Of a stretch of DNA of 64,000 bases, positions 26,023-37,525 are shown one piece after another. Positions within the stretch are counted from its first letter, which is position 1, and each line of letters opens with the position of its first letter. Origin of the DNA: Harriotta raleighana (taxonomy: Eukaryota); the NCBI GenBank assembly GCA_050575255.1, contig JBNZDD010013666.1, positions 930,828-994,827 of the forward strand, in the 5' to 3' direction. Position numbers and translations under genes: made by a program. The notes below the pieces were generated by a model. It saw only the letters and a program-made list of their open reading frames with translations, was not told the DNA's origin and searched no databases.

Positions 26023-26226
26023 AATATTAATTAAAACGACAAGTTCTTTGCAATAAAATCTCCACAGTTACAATCAGGAACGATTAGGTTTGCAGGTACA
26101 GCAATCCTTTAAATGTTCATGTACTTTTCTTAAAACATGCAGTGATCAGCAAACTATATACAGTACTGAAATCCCATTGAGTAAACACCAATATAACAAG
26201 AGAGAGAAATGTATATATTTCAGTAC

Positions 26227-26268
26227 CTGGGGGAGTCAGCTGTATCAATTCAAACTTTGTTGTATCCA
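26227..26268 (-). CDS. SPATA6: SPATA6 exon 4 (LDTTKFELIQLTPP)
   Basis: ttgcag acceptor, gtactg donor, 42 nt, phase 1/1; matches DTAVFELIQLVPP. Confidence 0.93.
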
Positions 26269-26396
26269 CTGCAAAGGAAAGAATCATAAAACAGAACAAA
26301 CTCAGTATTAAAGAAATGGTAAATAAATCAAAAAGATTAAGATATACGTGTTCAGAACGCATACATGTTCAAAAAAAACTAATGTTCTGCTCTTAC

Positions 26397-26445
26397 ATTC
26401 CAGAAGGTCAGCAAGATGTGCCGGATTCATTGCTTCCGGAAAGAT
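26397..26445 (-). CDS. SPATA6: SPATA6 exon 3 (IFPEAMNPAHLADLLE)
   Basis: Polypyrimidine tract plus tag acceptor, gtaaga donor, 49 nt, phase 0/1; resembles VFPDAVDPGDVVTQLE. Confidence 0.92.
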
Positions 26446-27875
26446 CTAAATTTATACAAAGGAGAAGAAAGAAAATCAATTCCAAGGAATCACTAGCTGG
26501 GATCACCGGGAGTCACGTTTCAGCATTGAAACAAATACAATACAAGAACAGCTATTTCAGTCAGAATATCTGGTCATGCAAGTTTTGGAGAAGACTTGTA
26601 AATACAGATTGACGTGCACTATGAAAAGAAATAAGTCTTGCCAAGAATTCACAAGAGGAGCATTTCCAGCACTTGGTCAATACACATAAATTTTATACAA
26701 TATAAAATTGTATCATTCTATATACAATAGAAGTCACTGCGACACTCATCATCAACAACAACAACAAATTACTCAGCAGGTCAGGCAACATTGATGGAGG
26801 AAAGAATCATAAAACCTTTGGTCACTTTTGAGGGTTCCCAGCAAGTTCTATTTTTGTTTCAGATTTCCAGCATCTGCAGTATTTTTCCCTTACATATCAA
26901 TTTAATGCTGCTTTTTTTATATACATTTATATATTTTTTATTATTTTGTACAGTACAATACAATATGCAATCTCCCCCAATTCTCCTCTCCAGTCTTTTG
27001 AAGGAATTAGTTAAACTGGAGTACTGAACCCATTTTATCAACATCAAAAGAGCAAAGAGCTGAGTGCATCCACTGGGATTTGAATGTAGAAACTTCTAAT
27101 CCCATGTCTAGCACTCTGCTGATTGAGCTATGTTTATACTGGTAAACACAAGCTAAGACCTTAACTTGTATATTTCACTAACTCATTTAAGTGAAATACA
27201 TATAGCATTGTGTATTGTGGTCCTAAATAATTTGCAAAATTCTTTTTATTTCTGGAAACTAGCAGAATTTACTTTTGATGCAACTAGATTAAACTTTATG
27301 ATAGATTTCTAGTAATGAGTTAGTCGATTTCCGTATGTGTGGGAGGGAGCAGGTCTTGGAAAATACTAAATACTAGTGACTCGCTCATCCATTTTATTTA
27401 TGGAAATAAGGAGAATCAGAAGATTGATGGAAGGTTCGAAATCAAAATGGTCATAGAATAAAGACAGTATATTCTGTGAAGCACTTTTAGGTATCCAATG
27501 ATGTGATAAAATTCTGTATCAAATGCAAGGATTATTATTAATTATTCTGGCTAGCCACCTAGTCCTCCCCTCCCATATATATTTTTTATTCTTTTCTCTA
27601 TCTTGCATGCATTGGATTTCCTTTTAAAGCATCATTAATGCACAACAAAGGCCCTGCACTTAGTGGTGAGAAGAATTCCACTATGTGGAATCAAACAATT
27701 CCATCCATAGTTTAATCACATAAATGACCCTGACAAAATAAATCACATTCAGAAACAATACAAATATTGAACATTTCTAATTAAATAATGAATGAAACAA
27801 CAGCATATTTTTAAATCATCCAGGTCATGTAAGTACAGTATTTATAAACTTATTTTCTACATCAGTTCTATGTAC

Positions 27876-28013
27876 CTTTTCAAACTTCAGCTTTCCATTG
27901 AAATTCAATGGGAAGATCGAAGGGAGAAACTTGGTTTTCTCGAATTTTCCCAATATGCATACACTAAGGTAGACATCATGCTTTTCGAACAGGAATACCC
28001 CAGGGCATGTGAC
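27876..28013 (-). CDS. SPATA6: SPATA6 exon 2 (VTCPGVFLFEKHDVYLSVCILGKFEKTKFLPSIFPLNFNGKLKFEK)
   Basis: cag acceptor, gtacat donor, 138 nt, phase 0/0; matches the SPATA6-domain motif VTCPGV..DIYLSICVFG..FPL.FN..FEK. Confidence 0.95.
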
Positions 28014-28409
28014 CTGTCACAGGTGAAAAATAAAACAATAAACTCTCATTTTTTAACGCAATCATTTAGAATTCACCCGTCCCTTTATTAATGAGTTTGT
28101 TATTTGGCTTCAACAGATTGAAGTAGTCAATTCACTTTACAGTATATTGTGTGAAGCGCTTTGGGACGTCGATAAGATGTGAACAGTGCCTTATGAAAAT
28201 GCAAGGATTATTATTATTATTCTTGAGGAAGAAAGATCTTCTGCTTTGACCATACCCACTGTCATCTCCGCCTTCCCTGGCTGGACATCAAGCTCTGCCA
28301 ATGTTAGTGCTCACATGAACTGTGCTATATAAACACAGGTTGTTGTTATCAACCCTTGGTCTGAAAGCCTGAAGGGTCCTTCATACAATAGTGTTATTAC
28401 CACACTATA

Positions 28410-28570
28410 TAATAATAATCCTTGCACTTGATACAGTTCTTTGCATAGCTTCTAGACGCCTCTAAGCTCTTCACAGAATATACTGTAAAGTGAATTGACC
28501 GAATATTTGTGGACGGAATGCAGCAGCCAATTGCCTACAGCAGCGACCACACAAACAGTTGTGGATGGAA
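28410..28570 (-). mobile_element. Deu-SINE 3' half
   Basis: Reverse complement of the Deu core and tail seen at 25890-26020. Confidence 0.8.
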
Positions 28571-28589
28571 GTGACTAACAGTTGTGGCT

Positions 28590-28742
28590 GGTGCGGGGGG
28601 GGGAGCTGGTGGCCGGGGAGGCATTGGGCTGGTGCCCGGGGTGGGGGGGGCATTGGGCTGGTACCTGGGGGGGGGGGGGGGGGGGAGCTGGTGGCCGGGG
28701 TGGGGGGAGGCATTGGGAAGGTACCCGTGAGGGGGTGGGGCC
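28590..28742. repeat. G-rich degenerate tandem repeat (G-quadruplex-prone) in SPATA6 intron 1
   Basis: Repeated ggcattgggctggt / gagctggtggccgggg units with long G runs. Confidence 0.8.
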
Positions 28743-29182
28743 ACAAACCCTAACCATCCGCGTCTCGCTCCGCGGCTCTCCCTCCCATTGGCCGGCGAGC
28801 GTGTCAGTCANGTGGGGCCACAAACCCTAACCATCCTCGTCTCGCTCCGCGGCTCTCCCTCCCATTGGCCGGCGAGCGTGTCAGTCAATCATGCTGAGCC
28901 AATCACATTTGAAGGCGGTGGCGCCAGGAGAGGAGACCCCGCCCCCCAAACCGGCCGTTTGTTGCCCTGGTCACGGCCTGATCCCTCACACCCTCTCCCC
29001 CCCCCTCCCACTTCATAACAATAACAACCAGAGTGCCAAATAGCCTCGGCCCTCTCTGTATGATTATTAGGCTTTATATTATTGTTATCCAATAAGCTTT
29101 CCCTCAGACACACAATAAACGGCTGGAGAGAAGGCCTCAGACGGGAGGGCTCGAGGCGGGAAGGAGGGCCCCGAGAACTCAC

Positions 29183-29230
29183 CGCCTGCACGTCCAGCCT
29201 TACTGTGCACCTGAGAGCTTTCCTCGGCAT
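29183..29230 (-). CDS. SPATA6: SPATA6 coding exon 1 (MPRKALRCTVRLDVQA)
   Basis: ATG at 29230 in a CpG-rich region; donor GCG|GTGAGT; resembles the SPATA6 N-terminus (MPKVKALQCALALEISS); phase 0. Confidence 0.9.
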
Positions 29231-29373
29231 CCTGCGTCCCTGGCGAGTATCAGATAAAACACCTATATTATATATATATATATATGTATGTATGTCTGTC
29301 TATAAACTATAATGAACAGTGAGTCTCCCGGCTCTCTATGTCTCTCGGGCTGATCGGCGCCGGGAATCCTCGC

Positions 29374-29387
29374 GTTGCCATGACACC
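29374..29387. promoter_or_regulatory. RFX X-box-like motif GTTGCCATGACACC
   Basis: Close to the X-box consensus GTTGCCATGGCAAC, about 145 bp upstream of the SPATA6 ATG. Confidence 0.6.
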
Positions 29388-29537
29388 GGAACTCAGCCTG
29401 ATGACGCCGACGCCGCCCTCGCCATTCGTGTTGGCAGCCGCTAGAGGCGCTGCCCTGCTTTGCTATCCCCATGCCCCCCGCCCCAATACACATACACACT
29501 GTACTTACTGTGTGCTGAAGGCGAAACACTGCAGAGG

Positions 29538-29875
29538 ATAATAATCCTTGCATTTGATACAGCACGTGATCCCGCCTTTGGTATATCTCAAAGTGCTTCA
29601 CGGGATATACTGTAAAGTATAGTCACTGTATATTTGTGGGCGAAACGCGGCAGCCAATCGCACACAGCAGTGTCCCCACAAACAGCAGTGTATTGAGTGA
29701 ACACATTTTTTTTTCAATGAGGATTTTGAAATCGATCTGGGAATGCGATCGACCAATAGACTTAACAACCAGGTTCCCACTCACTGATAGGTAAACACAG
29801 ACTAAGGAAATAAGAAAACTTGCCCAACATTTTGCACGTCTCTCGCTTGCGAGGCGAATGCTCTGAGCTACAGGA
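29538..29875 (-). mobile_element. Deu-SINE (rearranged)
   Basis: Tail and Deu core at 29538-29690; tRNA-like head at ~29835-29875. Confidence 0.8.
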
Positions 29876-29881
29876 TGATGG

Positions 29882-30024
29882 AAATCTGAAATAAAAACTG
29901 AAGTCACTGGGAACACTCAGCAAGTCAGGCAGCATCTATGGAGAAATGACCTTTGCTCATCGATCTGAAACATTAAACTTGCTTTTCTCTCTCCATAGAT
30001 GCTGCCGGACCTGCTGTGTGTTCC
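29882..30024. mobile_element. Palindromic element, probably Penelope-terminus-derived
   Basis: About 35-bp inverted arms at 29910-29945 and 29990-30024 (cagcaagtcaggcagcatctatggag / ctccatagatgctgccggacctgctg); related remnant at 26765-26885. Confidence 0.6.
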
Positions 30025-30032
30025 TACCGATT

Positions 30033-30340
30033 TAATAATAATCCTTCTATTTTGATACGTATAGTGCTTTTTCAAGTCTTCTAGATGTCTCAAAGCGTTT
30101 CATAGAATACACAGTAAAGTGAATTGACTGTATTTTTGTGGGCGTAAAGTGGCAGCCAATTTCACACAGCATTGCCCCACAAACAGTCACGAATTGAAAT
30201 AACCAATTTTTTTCTTTTTGGAGTGAGTTATTATTAGGTGTGTGGAGTAAGGAAACTTACTCAAGATTTCACCCTGCCTGGATTTGAACTCGGGTCTCTC
30301 GCTTGCAAGACGAATGGTCTAACCATTGAGCTACAGGACT
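30033..30340 (-). mobile_element. Deu-SINE, near full length
   Basis: Reverse complement of the 25720 element, including the tRNA head. Confidence 0.88.
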
Positions 30341-30633
30341 TTACGATCAGAGACACAGATCAGAGAAGTAACAGACGTCAACTCAAAGTTCAGGGATCCT
30401 AGAAGGTGTGTTGGGAGAAATGTGGAGGGAGGTAGAACAACTAGGGTATAACCAGTGAAAACTGGATAACATCCCCTGTGAAAGCTCGCCTGGGAAACAT
30501 CCATCTCCCCAACCTGTATGCTTCGTGTGTGGACAAGCTCACAAGAGAAGTCATGACTTATTAATGATGATAATACTGTACTTGTATTTGATTGTTGAGC
30601 TTTTCACTTCCAGACATCTCAAAGTGCGTTATC

Positions 30634-31265
30634 AACAACAGCAAAATTACACTTGTATAGCGTCTTTCATGTCAGGAGGACGTCACAAGGTGCTGAAAAC
30701 GCAATCCAACTGCAACGCTGTCTTGCATTTAATGGGTTACAACAACTCGTATTTATATAGAGCCCTCCAAGCTGGGTAGCGTATCAGAGCGTTTAACAGT
30801 GGGGAACTCTGAGCCCGGTGAAAGGGTGTGACTGGGTTGGAGTTGGCCCTAAGCACAAAGTGAAGGTTTTTAAATGGGACCTGAAAAGGGGGCGGGAGGT
30901 GGTAAGGCAGAGGCATTGAGAGAGAGTATTCCAGAGTTCTTCAGGGTGTAGTGGCTGAAAGCACGACCTCCAATAGTGGGGTGGAGGGAGTGAGGGACAA
31001 GCAGGAGCCAGTGTCAGTTGAATGGAAGTGTGGATTGAGGGTGAGGGAGTCGGAGAGGTAGTGAGGTGCCTGGGAGTGAGTAGATTTGAACACGTATATG
31101 AGGATCTTGAAGTCGACCCGTTCAGTGATGGGGAGCCAGTGGAACTAGCTGAGAACTGGTGAGATGTGGGTATGGAATTTGGTCCTGGTCAGTATGTGAG
31201 CCACAGAGTTCTGAATCAGCTGGATCTTTTGAACAGTGGAGCTGGGGAGAACAGCGCCTCGGAAG
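30634..31265 (-). mobile_element. L2 3' fragments (two tails)
   Basis: Tails at 30634 and 30740; L2 3' ORF remnants. Confidence 0.78.
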
Positions 31266-31434
31266 CACTCACCACGATTCACTACAAAACATACTGACTA
31301 TTTTGTACAGGGGTGCAGCAATTGATTTTCGCAGGAGAGGTTCACAATATTGATAATCCATTTGATATGACACCTTTCACGACAGGAGGAAATCTCAAAG
31401 CACCTCACAGGATTTCCTGCAAAGTGTAAATATG

Positions 31435-31504
31435 TTACATTTATAGAGTGCCTTTCATGTCCTCCTGATATGAAAGGCGCTCTATAAATGTAATTTTGTT
31501 GTTG
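31435..31504. repeat. Fold-back hairpin made from an L2 3' end
   Basis: ttacatttatagagtgcctttcat (31435-31458) pairs with atgaaaggcgctctataaatgtaa (31470-31493), 23/24 Watson-Crick. Confidence 0.9.
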
Positions 31505-32181
31505 TATTGTGTAAGCCATTGCATCGCCAATTTGTGCACAGCAATGTCATACGGTCAGCCAGAGAAATTAGTTATTTTATCCAGTGCTTCCCCAGGCACT
31601 GCAGTTTCAGTGTTAGTCTAGACTGGGAGCTCAAACTCTCGATGTGGAAACATGAACCAACAACCTTCTGACTCAGCGAGAGTGCAGAACTTTGAAATCA
31701 AATGTTAGGGTTTTTTAACAGCCCTCTAGCAATATCAACACAACATTTGGTAAAATTGGATGGTTTCAACCTATAATTCTTGCAGACATAAGATCAGTAG
31801 AGGTTTGTGGATGTTTTATAAGAACCTTTTGAGTAAAAAAGCGAACTTGGCATTATTTCAATGAACCTTGCAAATCAATTTGATAGACAGCAGAAGGTAT
31901 GCAAAACAGGTAGCCTGCCACTTGAAATGTTTGTCTGCGTAAGTGCCCAAGCATGTAGCTGTGGTAATGTTGTGCATATAATATCAGCACAGATTACAAG
32001 CCTATCCATCCCCATTCCTGTCAGTGAAAAGCAAATAGAGTGAAAAACAAATCACCAGTTGTTGCTTTTTATAACAGATCCCCAGAGAATTACATAGAAC
32101 CTTAAAGCAGAAGCAGGCCATTCGGTCTAACCAGTCCATGCTGGTGTTTATACCCTACATGTGCTGCCATCTTTCCTAATA

Positions 32182-32534
32182 TAGTAAAAGCTTGGTTATC
32201 CAGCACCCAACCAACTGGAATAATCAACCAATCGGTATCTCCCAATGCAATTCACCATTCCAGTAACTGGATCTCATATCGCAGCCATCCAGGATACTCG
32301 CGATATGCTCACTTTGCGCATACGTGTACATACGCACTTATTAAACTTACCGAACGCTGGAATGCTTTGTTGGTAAGGATCCATACAATATTCTATTATT
32401 TAGTCTATTAATATGGTCCATTTAAAAAAAAAATTTTTGTGTATGATTTTTGGCAACTTGCCGTTCGAATATCCAGCATGTTTAATTAACCAGCAACGGT
32501 CAGGTCCCGAGGGTGCTAGATAAAGCTTTTACTG
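32182..32534. mobile_element. Tigger-like MITE inserted in a CR1 3' relic
   Basis: TIRs tagtaaaagcttggttatccagcaccc / gggtgctagataaagcttttactg followed by TA. Confidence 0.75.
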
Positions 32535-32822
32535 TATTTTCATATTCTATTATCCTCGCCCTCATTTTATTTCCTCTTGATGCCTTCTGCTTGAACCATA
32601 GCTTCCCACAGTGAGATCCACATTCTCACCCTCAATGTTCATGTGTGTGTGGATTTTGGTCCGGATTTGAATGACAGCAATAGTCAACATCTTTCAGAAG
32701 AGGAGAAAACTTGCAAATTAAGTGTACATCTTCAAATCTGTTATATTTAGCAAGACATATTTCTCACCTATTCTGTCTGCTCATACGATTAAAATAAAGA
32801 TTATCGATCATATCCTCTAAAC

Positions 32823-33155
32823 CAGTGGTTCCCCAACTTTTTTGCTGTGATCAAATTAGCCTTCAACTGGTCCTCCCACCACTAGGGAGCGATATCACGA
32901 CTGAAGCTCAATTTAGCCAAAATGTTTTGTGGACTCAACGCAACTTCTAAGTACGCTCTTTATACAAATTGGTCAGAGGTGTCGCTTTTTTTTAGCTTTA
33001 AAAGTTTTTTTAGTGTTGAAAGTTTTTTTTAGCGTTAAAAAAGCATTTTCAACATTAAAAAAAGGAAAGAAAAAAAATTCTGAGAACCCTTTGTGACCCT
33101 ACTGAGGACCCCTGCGAATCTGATTTGTGTTGGGATCTGAGGTTGGGAACCATTA
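32823..33155. mobile_element. hAT (Charlie-like) MITE
   Basis: TIRs cagtggttccccaac / gttgggaaccatta; exact 8-bp TSD CTCTAAAC at 32815-32822 and 33156-33163. Confidence 0.9.
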
Positions 33156-33229
33156 CTCTAAACTATACTTGCATATAACCTGGGCAACATAGTGTAGGGT
33201 GATGCTTCAGTAAAGCGCTAGGGATAAGC

Positions 33230-33512
33230 TCCATTGTTTTGGGTGCTGTCTCTTGAATGATACTGTACTTTAACCCCATGTCTCAGATATCCACCTGAAA
33301 CATGTAAAAGCGCTCATGGCACTATTTGAGAAGCCAGTCACAAATCATGGCCAACAATCCTCTCAAATAATATTGATCATTCGTTGCATGTCTGTGTGGG
33401 ACATTGCCAAATTGGCTGCTATGTTCACCTAAAACACAGCCACGTATGAGAAACACTTTTGATGCATCCCCCTGATTTGAAGGGCGTTGGAATAGATGCC
33501 AGAATTATTATT
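33230..33512 (+). mobile_element. Old Deu-SINE
   Basis: Degenerate Deu core (tgtgtgggacattgccaaattggctgct) and tail. Confidence 0.6.
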
Positions 33513-33574
33513 AGTGTAAGGAAAAGAATCATTAAGATTTTAGCACAGAGGGGAGTTATTGGTTCCAAAGTGCC

Positions 33575-33743
33575 TTCAGCTCCCCTCTCGACTCTCTACC
33601 TCCTCCTTGCTCCCACCCTCCCCCTCCCCCCTCGCCCCGAACATTTCCCCCTGCTCGGGTCTTAAATCATCTGTCCAGCGCCTTGGGACGTCCTCCTGAC
33701 GTGAAACGCGCTCTATAAATGTAATTTTGTTGTTGTTGTTGTT
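33575..33743 (+). mobile_element. L2 3' end
   Basis: gcgccttgggacgtcctcctgacgtgaaacgcgctctataaatgtaattttg(ttg)n. Confidence 0.88.
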
Positions 33744-35314
33744 CATGCTTGAGCTACATACTCTAACCCCAGCTCCCTGGCTCTTTTCAGTGACCATTTC
33801 ATGTTTGGTGTATGTACATGCCTACATAATCCACATTTATGCTCTTTGAGGTGTTCAATCAAACTTCCCTTTGTTCTTTCACTATTTTGAGAAGTGACTA
33901 GGAAGAGATAACTATGTCTTTCTGTCAAGGCTGAGGTCTTGCAATATTGTAATGTTCAGGCTGGTTGCTTTTCTCACACAACCCAATGCTTTGAGCAGTA
34001 ACTGTGAACCCAGGTCATACTAGTTATGGGGTATCACAAGTGGTGAGACCACCGCAGCTCATCAACCTGTCACAGGCCTCTTTGCTGAGCTACATTCACT
34101 TTGTGTCAATTTTAGTTTCGATCAATGCAAGATGTACAGTATAATGAGGGACAAGGTTTTTCCCAGTGCCAGTCAAATAAGCATGTTTTCCTATCTGTCA
34201 AACACCAGCCACATTTTCAAGATGTCAGTTGTGGGAATATCTTTTGAACAGCTAAGACAAGACAATGCTCTGGTTAGTCACACAGAATAGTTCATATTCT
34301 ATCATATTTATTTATAAAGCATGGCAAAAAGTTCTGCAGAAACAGTACAAAGTGATCAACTATGAGAATGCGAGCAGCCTTGAGTTCATTATTTTACATA
34401 ACCAACTGGTTATAGATAAATTGCCCACATGATGAAAGCTAATAATGGAACATCTTTTTGATCTCGATGACAGTGTTATGTAAAATGATGTACTTTAAAA
34501 ACGGAATTGTGTACCATTCATTAAACTAATTGAATTACCAGTCACAGGAGTCCATCCAGAAAGCCTTCACTTTGATGTCTCATTGTGAAGGCACTCCTCC
34601 ATCAGTGCATTTGAGAATCAGCCTGGCCTGTGAGTTCAAGGTTCCGATAGGGAGCTTCAACCCACATAGTACTACCAGACCTGACTTATTATATTTTCAA
34701 TCTTGCCTGAAAAGTATTACCTGTAATGTATTATTGAAACCTAGTGACCATTACATTTTAATTCTTCTCTGAAAATGTTGCTAGTTTTATCCATGAAGCT
34801 GTAACACCTCATGCGTGGTGAGCTTCGCTGCTGTAATAAATAGGAGAAAGGGCATTGCTGCAGCGAGCAACAGTGAGAGGAAAATCACTTACCCACTTTG
34901 TGATGTTAAAAAAAATCATATTTTGTGTGCTATGCACATTTTTAAATACCTACTTTATAAGAAATAAAACCACCAAATATACACAGATTTACGCGTTTTT
35001 CATTTTGGTCAAGGCTAATGAGTCACATACAGAATAATGTCTTTGGTAATATCAGCCTTTAAAACCATTTTGCTTAATGAGGTACTAAGCCTTTATAATT
35101 AGGTCCACATAGGGAATAGTTTCTTGTTCATGGGGGTTATGTTGATTATTAAGGCTATTTATGTAATTTAAAAGATTCACAATATTAAATGTTTTAAAAG
35201 AAATTATACATTTCCTTCAACAATTCCCAAATAAAATTAGGATTATTATTATTATAAAATTCATCACTCATTCCTACTGGTCACTTGGCTACTTGAGGGA
35301 CACTGGTGTGAGCA

Positions 35315-35600
35315 ACTGGGGCTCTGGTCTGCTCCATGTCTCCCGCCCGACCCATTGGTGGCTGGGCTTTCAGCCTCTGCCCCCACACTCTGGAGCTCCA
35401 TCCCAGAGTCCCTTCGCCTTGCTTCCTCTCTTGTCTCCTTCAAGACCTGTCTCAAAACCCTCCTTTACGATTGTGCCTTCTGCTGCCCTCCTACCTCTCT
35501 TTCTACCCTATCCTACCCCTCACCCTTGCTCGAGTCCCGGCCCCTCACTATTCAGCTCCTTGGGACATCCTCCCGATGTGAAAGGCTCTATTAATTAATC
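35315..35600 (+). mobile_element. L2 3' end
   Basis: AFSL.APTLWSSIP.SLRLASSL.SFK..LKT. Confidence 0.85.
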
Positions 35601-37384
35601 AATCTATCAAATTATATTTATTAAATATGTCATTTTGTTGTTGTATCCTGTGAAATGTCTATATCAAATGAAAGAATTATTATTGTATTGCTAAATGAGC
35701 AGTAATGCCACTCCTAAAACCACCGCCTCCCCCCTCCAAGACGTTAATTTGTGAGGAAACCAATGTATCTGAGTTTAACTGAATTTCAATCCAGCCTTCT
35801 TCTCATTGAAAGTTGGACTCAATAGCCTATTCAACAACAAACATTGTAGAAAAATGGCAAGTATTATAATACAGTCCTACAATTGAGGCTGGGGTCCTCA
35901 GTGATTTTTGTTAGTAATTTTTATACTTAAAAGTTGTTTTATTGCACTGTCTGTGTACACCCCTGTGTGTGGTTTACAGCACAATTAAATATTTCCTAAA
36001 GAGCCTAAGAATGCAGTGACTGTCAGTATGTAAAATAGTAATTGCCATGTTTCTCCCTATGGCTTTGGATCTAATATAAAATACCAATGATAATCTAAAA
36101 TTCATATTTCAAGAGGCTTTGTGCCATGAATTCTTTAGTAATTAAGCAGCAAAGCACCTTATCAAATAAACATGCTTTTATTAAGTTTCTATTCATTTGT
36201 TGAAATTAGATCATAGACAAATTGCAAACCAGGCGGCAGCATTAGTCAAGGGTATACATATTTTATCTGCAAACAACTTAAAGAAATGCAAACTTTCTCA
36301 AAAACTGGCATTAGTATTTCTCATTCTCCATTGCTTCCTGGTATTTAGATTAAAGTATTATTAAGTGCAACAGTCGGAAATAGAATGGAGATGACATTTA
36401 AGCAGAAAAATGATTTGCCTGACAGTCTTCTCAAACACTTGTTGAATTGTGGAAAATGCTTTTGTCATTACAAAGATTTAAAGATCACAAAATCAGGAAA
36501 AAAATATTTTACATTTTCCTGCAGCATATTCTGCAGTCAATGCCCTATGTATTAAAGGATAATGCTACTTTGTTTGAAAAAGGAAACCAAGGACAATACT
36601 TTAGGATGCACAAGTACAGTAGAACAATATTGTTTTAGAGTTGCAAAAGGTAATTTGAGAACAGGAAGTTTTTCTTTATCAAGTCAGTAACAAACGACTT
36701 TAAAAGGTTGCCATGAAAGGTGGTTGAGGCCTGGGAACAAATGTACAGTATTTAAAAAGCAGCTTGATGCTATGATAGTGAGGGTGAAGGATGGTTCTGG
36801 AGAAACAAAATCAAATGGTTCTTCATCAAAATCAATGTTTGATAATCTCAAGTGAACTATTTTTATTTCTCTACAACAACAAAATTACATTTATAGAGCG
36901 CCTTTCACGTCAGGCTAGTGAGAATCAAGCACAGAAAGTAACCCTACAAGAAAAATACATAAAATTTAATTTGTAACAGGATGATGATTATTTTATTAAA
37001 TCCTGTTGATCTCCAATAAATATTGAGGTACTTTTTGGTGTAGCCCAATGGTTCTTGAAAACTCATCAATGCAGACAGATTAAATAAACAAGCATCTGGG
37101 TTTATATTTCATCAAATTAATAATGCTCCAGACAGCCATTTTAGTGCCTATCGCTCCAGAATTCTGATCATTCGAATAATGTTGATGTTTCAATCTGTGG
37201 AAATTCAATGACGGACTACTGTAAATAAAGAACCACTAAGGAATTCAACATGTTCATATTTACTGTGACACTTTTAATAGTATCTTAATCTATTTGGGTT
37301 ACATAAACTCTGTTCTGTGTTTAAATGCAGTCTCAATTTTGAAGCTGTTTTTCTGCAGTTGAACAGGCAGCTAAGCTTAATGCC

Positions 37385-37525
37385 TCCTTTAAACGACGGC
37401 ACCTCCAACAATGCTCCCCTAGAAAGTGTCAACCTAGAGAATGAGCTCAAAGCTGTTATGAGGCGGGAACTCACAACCTTCTGACTTTGAGGGAAGAATT
37501 TTACTAGCTGAGCTAGACTGACACC
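37385..37525 (-). mobile_element. SacSINE1/AmnSINE-type tRNA head fragment
   Basis: Reverse of a gtgtcag..gctcag..tcagaaggttgtgagttc head; similar pieces at 31600-31685 and 47470-47540. Confidence 0.6.

Larger units (their letters stand above)
28760..29480. promoter_or_regulatory. CpG-rich promoter/first-exon region of SPATA6
   Basis: Visibly high CpG and GC density around exon 1 compared with CpG-depleted flanks; GC boxes and CCAAT motifs present. Confidence 0.75.
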
